The notes under the pieces were generated by a model. The model searched no databases. It saw nothing but the letters and a program-made list of their open reading frames with translations, and was not told the origin of the DNA. From Dictyostelium discoideum (lineage: Eukaryota), in NCBI GenBank assembly GCA_000004695.1, contig CM000153.2, forward strand, positions 4,480,001-4,544,000: DNA of 64,000 bases. Direction: 5' to 3'. The position numbers and the translations under genes are program-made. The number at the start of each line of letters is the position of its first letter. Positions within the stretch are counted from its first letter, which is position 1. Of the stretch, positions 34,562-46,379 are shown piece by piece.

Positions 34562-34606
<45 letters not shown>

Positions 34607-34744
34607 CCTGGAACTTCTGGTTATTTTGTTGGGAAGTGGTGTTTTAAAAAAATAAATATAAGAAAAAGGAAAAAAAAATAAAATAAAAAAAAAAAAATAA
34701 TAAAAAAAAAAAACAATTGGATCGTTGGGAGGAAAACTCTTTTC

Positions 34745-36077
34745 TTATAAAATTGATTGATTGAAATCTTTGAAATAAGGATGCTTCATTGCCTCCTTTG
34801 CAGTTAATCTTTCTGTTGGATCATAACGTAATAATTTATCTAAAAAGTCAATTGCATCAGGTTGCGCAATATCATCATTTTCATATGGTATAAATCTTTC
34901 CCAATTACTTTTTTGTCGTCTATATATATATATATATATATTTAATATAAAAAAAAAAAAAAAGAAAAAAAGAAAAAGTTAATAATGATAATGATAATTG
35001 AATATTATCATTATTATTATTTTAATAAATACATACGGTTTAATTAAAGAGGATTGTTCATCAGTTAAAGATAAACCAAATTTATCCAAAAAGTTAAATA
35101 AATCATCAGTACCTAAAACTTTAACAATTTTTAATAATTGATCATTATTATTATCACCATTAAAGAAAGGATCTCTATCTAAAATCAAACCAGCGAATAA
35201 ACAACCCAATGACCACATATCTAAACTATAATCATAGTCAAACATATTCACCAATAATTCGGGTGGTTTATAATGTCTAGAGGCAACTCTAACATTATAA
35301 TTCTTACCTGGATGATAATATTCCGCTAATCCCCAATCAATTAATGATAATTTCCTCTTTGAATGATCAATTGCAATATTTAATGGTTTTATATCTCTAT
35401 GTATTATACCTTTTGAATGTGTGTAATCAATTGCCTAATAATAAAAAATAAAAATAATAATAATTAATAACCACCAATATAAATATAAATTATTTAATAA
35501 TAATAAAATTAATGATAATACTTACTTTTAATAATTCAAAAATATAATATCTAATATCATAATCATCCAATGTATAAACTAATTCTCTAATGTCAGTTTT
35601 ATTTACAAATGGGAAAACTAGACTACAAACTTTTGAAGATTGATCTTTAACTGAATCCAATAGTGGTATAATGTTTGGACCACCATTTAAACTCTCCAAT
35701 ATTTTAATTTCTCTTTGAATCTTTAATTTTTGAACTGGTTTCAAAACTTTGATTACAACTTCATCAGAGGTCTCTATATCGATACCACTAAAAACTTCAC
35801 TATATTTACCACGACCAATCTTTTGAATCACTTCATATCTATCTACATTCTTCCAATTGATACGATAACCTTCATAATCGTAATATGATTTTGGTTGATT
35901 TTCATTAACATCTCTATAAACTTTTGAAATATTTCTTAAAATTCTACCTTCCATCATATCTTCTTCAATAATTAAACCATTACCATTTTGTTGTTGTTGT
36001 TGTAACTGTTGTTGTTGTTGTAATTCTAATTGTTTTTTCTTTTCAGTTTCTTCTTGTTCTTTTCTTTGTTTTTCAAG

Positions 36078-36140
<63 letters not shown>

Positions 36141-36524
36141 TAGTAATTGCTGTTGTTGTTGTTGTAATTGTTGTTGTTGTTGAATTTGTTGTTTATTTAA
36201 AGAATGTGAAGGATTTGCATTCATAAATTCATTGATATCCTTTTCGATATCGGTTAGAGCTTGTGAACCACTTCCCATACTACCACCTAATCCACTACTA
36301 ACTGATTGGTGTAACTCTGATGTATCATATGATGAGGATTGAGTATGATGTCTTTTATTACATTTTGTGCAATCATCATTATCACTGCTATTTTTATTAT
36401 TAGATTTACCTCTTCGATTTCTAAAGTTACTATGGTGATGATGTTGTTTATTTTTAATATTACTTTTATTATCGCTATTATTATTGCTACTATTATTATT
36501 ACAATTTTCAGTTAATTTTGAATC

Positions 36525-36605
<81 letters not shown>

Positions 36606-36770
36606 TGAAGAATTTGAGGATAGTGATCCTCCCATATATAAATATCCAATTATTGGTGCGAATAAACATGGACTTGAATAGGGTGAGTATGGATTTATAT
36701 ACCCACATGATATAACATATAAAATACAAAGTAAATAAAGTAAAAAGAAAATTTGGTAATATTTCCCCAT
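34745..36770 (-). CDS. Casein kinase II alpha-like serine/threonine kinase, a divergent paralog. Three exons: 35526..36770 (or starting at 36635), 35037..35434 and 34745..34919.
   Basis: The CK2-alpha signature is present along the catalytic core: [22 protein letters not shown]...[10 protein letters not shown]...[39 protein letters not shown]...[12 protein letters not shown], then a GTAAGT donor, then [62 protein letters not shown]...[12 protein letters not shown]...[10 protein letters not shown], then a GTATGT donor in phase 2, then [50 protein letters not shown]. The catalytic core is preceded by about 290 aa of N-, Q-, S- and H-rich low complexity. An alternative start exists at MGGSLSS (ATG at 36635). 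Confidence 0.7.
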
Positions 36771-36809
36771 TATTTAAATTATACAATCTTTTTTATAATT
36801 TTATTATTA

Positions 36810-36931
<122 letters not shown>

Positions 36932-38429
36932 TTTATTTTTGTTGTTGTTGTTGTTGTTTAAATGTATACTACTAATAAAATTTTTTTTTTTTTTTTTTAA
37001 TTCTTTTTAATTGAAACTATTATGAGAAATTTTAATAAAAAAAAAAAATTTCGTTGATAAATAATAAAATACTATTATTACTATTACTATTTCTATTATT
37101 TATTTATAATTAAATATTATTATTATTATTATTATTACAATTATTATTATTATTATTTTATTTTTATTTTAATTTTATTTTAATTTTATTTTAATTTTTT
37201 ATTTTTATTTTATTTTTATTTGGTATTTATTATAAAACTGTTATTATATCTGTTATCTAAAAATACAAATATTGGTATTAATATTAAATTTTTTTTTTTT
37301 TTTTTTTATGGTTTGTGTGTTTTATTAATATTAAGTTTTTTTTTTTTTTTTTATGGTTTGTGTGTTTTATTTTCTTTTAAAAAAGATCCTTTTTTTTTAA
37401 AAAAAAAAAAAAAAAAAATCAAATACAAAATATATTTATATATACACTTCATATTTATTATAGCAAATATTATTTAAAATAAAAAATATAAAAAAATATA
37501 AAAAAAGTTTATTCTTTTATACTTACAATATAATAATTGAGATATAAATTATATCAAATTTTTTGTATTTTAAATGTTTTTGAAGAGTGTTTTCAACAAC
37601 TAATTTTTTGAAAAAAAAAATAAAAAAAAAAAAATAAAAATAAAAATAAAAAAAAAAAATATAAAAAAAATAAAAAAATAAAAAAAAAAAAAGAAATTTC
37701 GTTTTGCCAACAATTGAAAACTTTTTAGATATTTATAACGACAAAATGTCCCATTAGACCCCATTTTTTTTTAATTAATTTTTTTATTTTTTTTTTTTTT
37801 TTATTGTAATGGATAAAAAAAAAAAAAAAAAAAAAAAAAAGATATTTGTAAATTTTTTTTTTTTTAATAGGAAAGATGTTGTGTTTATTTAAATATTTAA
37901 TAATTTTTTTAACTATTAATAAAGTTTAAAGAAATCATCACTTTTTTTTATTTTTTTTTATTTTTTTTTTTTTATTGTTTTTATTATTATATTTTTTTTA
38001 TTATTTTTATTTTAGTTTTTATTTTTTTTATTGATTAGTTCCCCCACCCAATATTTGGATTTTTTTTTTTTTTTTTTTCTTTAAAAAAAAAAAAAAAACT
38101 TTAATTTTGAAAAATTATTTTTTTTGGAAATTCCTAAAGAAACCCTTGTAAATTTTTTTATTTTTTTTTTTTTTTTTTTTTATTTTTTTTTATTTTTTGA
38201 ATATCCTAGTTTTTTTTTTTGTTTTGTTTTATAAATTTAATAAAAGGGTTAATTTTTGTATATTTAATAGAAATGAAATACAAATTTCATATGCAATTTT
38301 TTTTTTTTTAAAATTTTTTTTTTTTTTTTTATTTTTTTTTATATTTTTCTTTTTTATTTTTTTTTTTTTTTATTTTTTTATTTTCCCAACCTACGACAAA
38401 CGATTGTGGAAAAAAAAAAAAAAAAAAAA

Positions 38430-39368
38430 ATGAATCATTTAAATAAATTATCAAAATCAAGTGGTTTATTAAATCATAATAGATCATTATTTTCATCATC
38501 AAATATTAGACAAATCTTATATACCAACAACAACAACAATAATAATAATAATAATAATAATAAAAATTCAATCAACATTAATACAACATTATTCAACAAT
38601 GTTTTAAATAATCAAAAACAATTAATTAGAGGATTTATTAAAAATAGAAGAATTAAGCAATCTTTTTTTGCACAATCAACAGGACAAATCTTTAATCAAG
38701 ATGTTTTACCAGGTTTTTTAACAATTTTAAGCTCACCATTAAAATGGTTCGAATATGCTAAATTCATTTATAGAAATATTACTTCAAATGCTTTAATTAA
38801 ATCAAAATTAAAAAATTTAGATAAAATTCATTATTCAAAAAAAAAGTAATCATTATTATTATATAAATTTATTATTATTTTGTGATTATTAATTCTGATT
38901 TTATTTTTATTTTTATTTTTTATTTTTTTTTGAAAAAAAACCAGATTTTTAGCAGAAGCAGAAGAAATGTTTAATGAATTAGGCAAAGCAGTTGCAGAAG
39001 GTAATAAAAATGATATTAATGATATTTCAACAATTCAATTCTCATCAGTAGTTTTTAAAAATACAGGTATTAATGATACAAATATTAAAAACTATAAAAC
39101 TGAATGGAATGGTAAAATAAATTCAAAAAAGATGATATGGTCAAGAGCTGGTCAAATTAAACTCACACATTCTGAAACAAGCTTTTTCGCTCAAAATTGT
39201 GTTGAATTCACTGGTACTCAATCAATCATTGTAAAGGATAAAAATGATAAAGTAATCTCTTCAATTGAAGATCAACCATTTAAATCTGAATATGTTTTTG
39301 AACGTAATGTTTCTTCTTTACCATCACAATGGAGAATTGCAAGTTCAACTGAATTCCCAATTAAATAA
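38430..39368 (+). CDS. Mitochondrial protein with a Tim44-like C-terminal domain (MRPL45/Mba1/Tim44 family). Two exons, 38430..38845 and 38945..39368, giving about 279 aa.
   Basis: The first in-frame ATG is at 38430. The 38406 M in the ORF track is a GTG inside an A-run. The N-terminus MNHLNKLSKSSGLLNHNRSLFSSSNIRQ looks like a mitochondrial presequence (basic, hydroxylated, no acidic residues). The donor GTAATC at 38846 is in phase 2 and the acceptor CCAG at 38943-44 joins ...HYSKK-K-FLAEAEEMFNELGKAVAEGN in frame. The C-terminal region (SSVVFKNTG...WSRAGQIKLTH...FAQNCVEF...VVKDKNDKVISSIEDQPFKSEYVFERNVSSLPSQWRIASST) resembles the NTF2-like Tim44 fold. The family assignment is from memory only. 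Confidence 0.4.
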
Positions 39369-39413
39369 ATTCGATTTTTTTTAATCAATTATTTTTTACT
39401 ATTAAAATTAATT

Positions 39414-39444
<31 letters not shown>

Positions 39445-40214
39445 TTTTATTATTAGCATTTTTTTTGGATGCATTTAAATGAATTCAATTATTGTGAAAT
39501 CCTGTGAAATTTGTAAAAAAATTACCAAATAATTTTTATATAAAATGTTAATAGATTGTAAAAAAATTCTTTAAAAATTAAAATTATTAGTTTGTAATGA
39601 TAATATTGATCAAATTTGACTTGATTTTACAATAATTGAAAATATAAAAAATGAATGTTATTTTGAAATATAGTCAAATTAATATGGGTAAAATAAAAAT
39701 CAGACTACCTATTATTTGTGAATCGAAATAAATATAAAGAATAAAAAACAAGAACAAAATTAGATTAAACATTATTACTATCTTTTTTTAAAATGTTATT
39801 GTACTGGATTTTACAATATATATATGTATATATATTTTTATTTTTTTTTATTGACAGTTCCAAGTCTGTTTCAATCCAGACATTTTTGGCAATAGTCAAG
39901 AAGTTATGAAAATTCTCCCATGATCCTTTAACCTTTTGTGGTTGGTGTTGGTTTTGAAGTTAATAGAGAGGGGAGACTTTAAAGATGGTGCTTTGATTGT
40001 AAGCTAAATTAAATTAAATCGTTAAGAACGCCTTTTTCAAAATTGAAATCTAACATCTTTGGCATCTTCCAAAACGGAGAATCCAAATTTTTTTTTTTTT
40101 TTAAAAAAATGTTTTTCTATTATTGCTTCTGTGTAATAACTACTAATAATAAATTAATGGTTTTTACAATCCAATTTTATTTGTATAAATAAAAAATAAA
40201 CAAAAAATAAATAA

Positions 40215-40265
<51 letters not shown>

Positions 40266-40435
40266 TTTTTTTATACCCATATTTAAAAATTTTTTTAAAA
40301 AAAATTTTTTTTAATAAAAGGAATTTTTTAACATATAAACAATGAAATATTTTGGAATTATATAGAGAATCGTAAAGGTTTTTTTTTTTTTTTTTTTTTG
40401 TAGTTTTTTTTTTTTTTTTTGTTGTTTTTTTTTTT

Positions 40436-40952
40436 TTAGAATGGTATAAATTCAGAATTTGAAGAACCACCAAAGGAATTAAATGAATCATTGTCAAAAG
40501 AGTTATTTGAAAAGAATGGATATGGGTCACCATTATTTGAATGTGAAGACATGAAAGGATTATTTGGTATAGTACTATTGTTATTATTATTATTATTATT
40601 GTTGTTATTATTATTAGTACTATTATTATTATTGCTGTTATTATTATTGTTATTGTTATTATTATTATTATTATTATTATTGTTATTATTATTATTACTA
40701 TTTTGAATTTGGGTAGAAGAATTTGATAAACGAGGAGGTGAATTTGGTAATGGTGCGACAGCAGTACCTAATTGTCCACCAACACCTTCAGTTATAAAAA
40801 GGTCCAATAATTCACTTAATGTTTCAGAATCTCTACTTGAAGCGTTACGAAATACTCTCCTAACTTTTTCTGCTCTTTGTCTTGGATCTAATTGTGTATA
40901 TGCGTTCATCATTTGTTTAAAACTATCTTCAAATCCACTAATATTATTATTA

Positions 40953-40984
<32 letters not shown>

Positions 40985-42001
40985 TATATTACAGTTATTA
41001 TTGTTACTAGTACTAGTATTACTATTATTATTATTATTATTATTGTTATTATTTAACGTATTTGATGAAGAATTTAAATTATTTGATGATGTATTATTTA
41101 AAGTTGAAGTTAATAAATGAGAATTTACAAGGGTTGGTGATGAAGATGGTGAAGATGAAGGTGAAGATGAAGTTGAAGAAGGTGGTGAAGGTAAATTAAT
41201 TGCAGAGGAAGAGGTTATATTATTTGAAGAGGTAGTGGTTGTGGTGGTTGTAGTGTTGTTATTGTTGGTGGTGGAGGTACTACCACTTAAACCTGCTTGT
41301 TGTTGTAAAAGTTTTTCAATTAATTTTTGTTGTTCATGTTGTTGATGTTGAATTTTTGAGACGGATTCCAATAGGATATCATTCCAAGTACGCTTTTTAG
41401 GAGGTTGCTTTTTTTTTAATTGTTCAGGTTTTGAGATGACTTTAATAGAGTGAGTTAATGCGTAGAGTCCTTTGATGGGTTCTTTGGAGATTGGGTCTTG
41501 TCCTTCGATTTTCACACGAAAGAACATATCTTCGTGTTGTGAAGTTAATACTTTAATACGTAATTCAATGTTTACCAATTCACCAGTCTCATTGGGTGAT
41601 GCTTTATGTTCGACCGGTTTCACTTTAACGAAATCTACTTCCTTCTCTTCATTGGTATCACAATCATAGAGTAATGTCGATTCAAATGCAACACAATTCA
41701 AATCGATTTCATTTGCTTTCTTTAATCTTAATTGAACATTGAATGGACTATTCTTTATAACCACTTTAATATTCTTTTGTAAACCATTTAATGTTACTTT
41801 CTCTTCAAATGGTGATGATTGTGATGCTAATTCTAATCTTTCTTCATGTGTTGATAATTGAATTTGCATTTGTTGTGGTTGTTGTTGTTGTTGTTGTTGC
41901 TGTTGCTGTTGCATTTGTTGTTGTTGCTGCTGCTGCATTTGATGCTGCATTTGTTGAAACTGTGGTATGTATTGAATTTGCTGGTCAAAATTATTAATCA
42001 T
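40436..42001 (-). CDS. Q/N-rich putative nuclear DNA-binding protein, paralog 1. 521 aa, single exon. Possibly a CudA-family regulator.
   Basis: The core domain reads IKVVIKNSPFNVQLRLKK...AFESTLLYDCDTNEEKEVDFVKVKPVEHKASPNETGELVNIELRIKVLTSQHEDMFFRVKIEGQDPISKEPIKGLYALTHSIKVISKPEQLKKKQPPKK. It is flanked by poly-Q, poly-N, poly-T and S/P-rich tails. It is paralogous to the gene at 46380..48203. The CudA attribution is a recollection of domain architecture, not a verified match. Confidence 0.5.
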
Positions 42002-42040
42002 TCTTTTGAAAATGCTATATTTTAATTATTATTATTATTA

Positions 42041-42072
<32 letters not shown>

Positions 42073-42865
42073 ATTAAGTTAATAATTTAAAAAAAATGTT
42101 ATTGAATAATTAGGAGAAGTAGCTTCTCTATTGGTTGGAATTATTGAAAAAACACACAAAAAATTAAAAAAAAAACCAACTCAATTTTTAAAGAGATTTT
42201 AAGTGTGTGTGTGTGTGTGTTTTTTTTGCTTTTTTTATTTGAACAAAAATGGATTATTATTTTTATGTGAGGGGAGGGGTATTTGGTTGAATGATGCTTA
42301 TATATAAGAGAAAAAAAAAAATAAAATAAAAAATAAAAAAAAATAAACAATTAACCAAATAATTGTTAATGATTTGAAAAAAAAAAAAAAAAAACCTAAA
42401 AATACACACCAATAAGGCTTTCACCAATTATTTAAAATTTTTTTATTTATATATATTTTATTTTATTTTTATTTTATTTTTATTTTTTTTCTTTATATAA
42501 TTATTTATTTATGTGTATTTTATGAAATGATGTGGAAGGGAAATTATTAAAAAAAAAAAAAAAAAAAAAAAAAATTCAAAAAAATCAAAAAAAAATCACA
42601 ATTTTTTTTTATTTTTATTTTTTTATTATGGTTTTTTTTTTTTTTTTTTTTTTTTGGGGAAAAAAAATCGACTCTTACAAAAAAACGTTTACAAAAAATT
42701 TTTTGGGGGGAAAAAAAAAAATTAAAAATTAAAAATAAAAAAAAAAAAAAAAATAAAAATAAAAATAAAAAAAAAAAAAAAAAAAAAAAAAAAATAAAAA
42801 ATAAAAAAAATGGAAAATCTGTTTTCTTAATAAACAAGACAACAATGCTGTGACTGAATTCGTTT

Positions 42866-42910
<45 letters not shown>

Positions 42911-43202
42911 ATTCCCAAATTTTTTTAATGGTTTACTTTTCTAATTTTAGATTGTACAAAAGAGAAAAAAAAAAGTGTAGTGCGATGGCAATGGTCAAAA
43001 AAATAAAATAAAATAAAACGAAATAAAATAAAATAAAATAAAATAAAATAAAATCAAAATTAAAAATAAACTAATTTATGGTTGTATGAAAATTAATTTT
43101 CAAATAAATGAAGGACAAACCATACCCACAAATCTATAAAATAAAATAAAATAAAATAAAATAAAATAAAATAAAATAAAAAACCGTTTACATTATTGAT
43201 CT

Positions 43203-43241
<39 letters not shown>

Positions 43242-43282
43242 TACATACAAATCTAGATTATTATCAATTTTTGTTATTCTAT

Positions 43283-43327
<45 letters not shown>

Positions 43328-43375
43328 TTTTTATTATTATTATTATTTTTATTATTATTATTATTTATAATTATA

Positions 43376-43482
43376 TTATTTGTTTTTATCATTAAAAGTT
43401 AATGATTTTAATTTTGAACGAATATTATTTAAATGAGAATTATAAATTTCAAATAATTTTTTTTCGGATTTAGTTTTTTTAA

Positions 43483-43560
<78 letters not shown>

Positions 43561-46125
43561 CTCTTTGTTGATTTATTTTAATTGTTATAATTATTTTTTC
43601 GAATTTGTTGAATAAATTATTTTGTAATAATTGCGTCGAAAAGATTCTGTTGATAAAATTAAAATTTTTTTGATTCTTTTTTCCTTCAAAAAGAATATCT
43701 AATATGATTCCAAACTGTTCCAATTTAAAATTATTTTCAATGTTATTACCTTCTTTGCATAGAAACGGATTTTGATACTCGGAATCACAGCTTAATACTG
43801 TATGAATATAAAAATAAAAATTGATTTTTTGGTAAGAATAAAATAAAAAAATATAAATATAATTAAAAATAAAATAAAAAAATATAGGAAAATTATGGTA
43901 AAAAAAAAAAAAGAAGAAAAAAAAAAAAAAAAAAAAAAAAAAATCACAACAATGCTAAAAAACATCATCAATGGAATTGTGGAAGAGTAAGTTATTTATA
44001 TACAAACACAGTGTTTGATGATGGAAAATTAATTGGAAAATTCCATCACAAAAAAAAAAGAACAACATCATCCGAAACGCCACGAAAATTGGAAAATTAA
44101 AAAGAAAAATCCAAAAGTTTTTTTTGAAAAAATCCAAAAAAATCAAAAAATGAAAATTTGAGTGGGAAATTGATCAAAATAATAAACAATAAACAATTAA
44201 AATATCTCGGAGAAAAACAAGTGTGTGAAGAATTTCGTGTAATCATAGTATACATATATGTGGTGTTATGATGATATCATCGGGTTAATTAATTAAAAAA
44301 AAACTTACCAAAATTTTTCAAATAGATATTTTCTTCATAATTTTCATTGGTGGTGGCGCTGGCGGTGGTGGTATTGGTATCGGAATTATTTTTATTATTG
44401 TCAACTGGGAAACAACAATTTAAAATGAATATCCAAATCAAATGATAATGTGGTTGAGTTTCTTTAAATTGTTGATTATTGAAAACTAATGTAATAAATT
44501 CAGGAACTTTTTGAATAAAATGTGAAAACATCATGGATTTGATTGACAATTTAGTTAAACTTTCAAGTACTGGTGAAACATTTAATGGTGATTCCATAAA
44601 TTTAAATACAATCAATGATATATATTGTGACAAAATTCCACCATGAATTAATGTTTTATCCCATTCACCATTATCGATTTCCTTTAATGGGAATTCAGAA
44701 TAAAAATAAATTAAATTTGTAATCTTTTAAAATAAATAAATAAATAGTTAGTATGATTTCCTTTTTTTTTTTTTTTTATTTTTTAAAGTTATTATTACAC
44801 TTACTGATTCAAATTCAATTTTTGAATTAATTTGAATAAATTGATCATTTGGAATTGAAACCCAAAATGCAATTCTATCAAGTAAATAAGGTAATAATTG
44901 ATGAATATATTTTGAAATACAAAGAGTACTTTTTGAATCAATTTGTGAGGAAGGGATTAATGATAAACTTGATAATATTGATAAAATTGTTTTAAATTGA
45001 AATGGTGATAATAATTTATTATTATTATTATCATCATTTTGTTGTTGATTAATTTGTAAAATTTTAAAAACTAATGGTAAAATGTATGGAATATCAGAAA
45101 CATTATGAATCATTCTATCTCTTAGTAAATAGATGAAATTTGGTAATAATTGTTGAAGTAATAAATTATTATTTGAGACTAACAATGATGAAACTTCTTC
45201 AATATCTTGTAACATTGAATAATCTTCCCAAACAGTATCATCTGAAATATGATCATATGAAATTGGTTCAATTATTTTCAATAATTTATTAGTTATTGAT
45301 TTCCAACTAATTTCACCACCACCACTAAAATATGAATGGAAATCATCATCATCATTATTATTATTATTATTTTCAAATGGTTCATAAGCATCTTCTTTAT
45401 CTTCTTTATTTTCTGTATCATTAATTTCAACAATTTTACCACTGGTCTCATTTTCATTGCTTTCATTTTCACTTCTTTTTAATCTTTCATGCAAATCCTC
45501 TTCATCATCATCTTTATCAGTATCATTATCATCATCATCTAAATAATATTCATCAAATAGTGAATGTAAATCATCCAATTTTGAAACTCTAATAATATAA
45601 TGGATTAGTCAATAATTTTATATATTTATATAGATAATTATTAATTGTAAAAGTTTATAAATACTTTAAGATGATTTTAAATAAATTTATATAAAAAAGA
45701 TAATATAATGAACTATATATTTTTGATAATTGTTTTGTTTCATTACTAATATTTGTTAATTTGGATTGCTTTTGTTGTTTTTGTTGTTGTTGTTCTTTTC
45801 TAATGATCGAATTATATTTTAAAGAGAATTCAGTGATAGTATCATAAAATTGATTATTTAATGGATATAATGATAATTTAGTTTCTTCATTTGGTTTATA
45901 TGTTAATTTACTATCCAATTTTGAAAGTTTTTCATAGGTATCTTTAATAAAACATTCTAAATTATTATTTGATATAATTGGTAAATAACTTGATAATTTA
46001 TTAAAAACTTCTTGATTATCTTCTTTTTTATCTTGTTTATTAATATTAGTATCAATATTATTTAAATCTTCAATATTTATATCTTGTTTTAATAATTCAT
46101 TAATAATATCATTTAATGTTGTCAT
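43376..46125 (-). CDS. Hypothetical protein. Four exons, 45665..46125, 44805..45588, 44309..44723 and 43376..43797, giving about 693 aa.
   Basis: The junctions were verified by frame. Exon 1 ends ...FKIIL, its donor is GTATTT in phase 2 and the first base of exon 2 completes a K codon. Exon 2 then reads VSKLDDLHSLFDEYY... and ends ...INSKIEFES with a GTAAGT donor in phase 0. Exon 3 runs from ITNLIYFYSEFPLKEIDNGEWDKTLIHGGILSQYISLIVFKF... to ...ENIYLKNF, followed by G and a GTAAGT donor in phase 1. A roughly 510 nt intron follows. Exon 4 then reads VLSCDSEYQNPFLCKEGNNIENNFKLEQFGIILDILFEGKK... through the stop. The protein has acidic and poly-N low-complexity stretches and no recognisable domain. 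Confidence 0.5.
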
Positions 46126-46216
46126 TTTTATTATTATTTCAATTACAATGAATTCATTAAAATATTAAAAAAAAAAAAAAAAAAAAAACACCAACAACCC
46201 TTTTTTTTTTATTTTC

Positions 46217-46253
<37 letters not shown>

Positions 46254-46379
46254 TATGCACTGTCTATTTTTAACACGTTTTTAAAATTTAAAATAATAAT
46301 TTTTTATTTTATTTTATTTTTAATTTCAATTTTTATAAATAAATATTAATACAAATGTATTGTTATAAGGGATGTAATA

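Noticed and set aside
36636-36770. First 45 codons of the 426-aa ORF ([31 protein letters not shown]...) as the CK2-like N-terminus.
   Set aside because: A hydrophobic, signal-peptide-like start is implausible for a CK2-alpha. The internal Met at 36635 (MGGSLSS) is the more credible start. It is retained only as the outer bound of the CDS.
38406-38429. ORF-track start MEKKKKKK for the Tim44-like gene.
   Set aside because: The M at 38406 is a GTG within an A-run. The first ATG is at 38430 (MNHLNK...).
38721-38760. GGTTCGAAT, resembling a tRNA T-arm.
   Set aside because: It lies inside the Tim44-like coding exon, with no acceptor stem or anticodon arm around it. No convincing tRNA or rRNA was found anywhere in the window.
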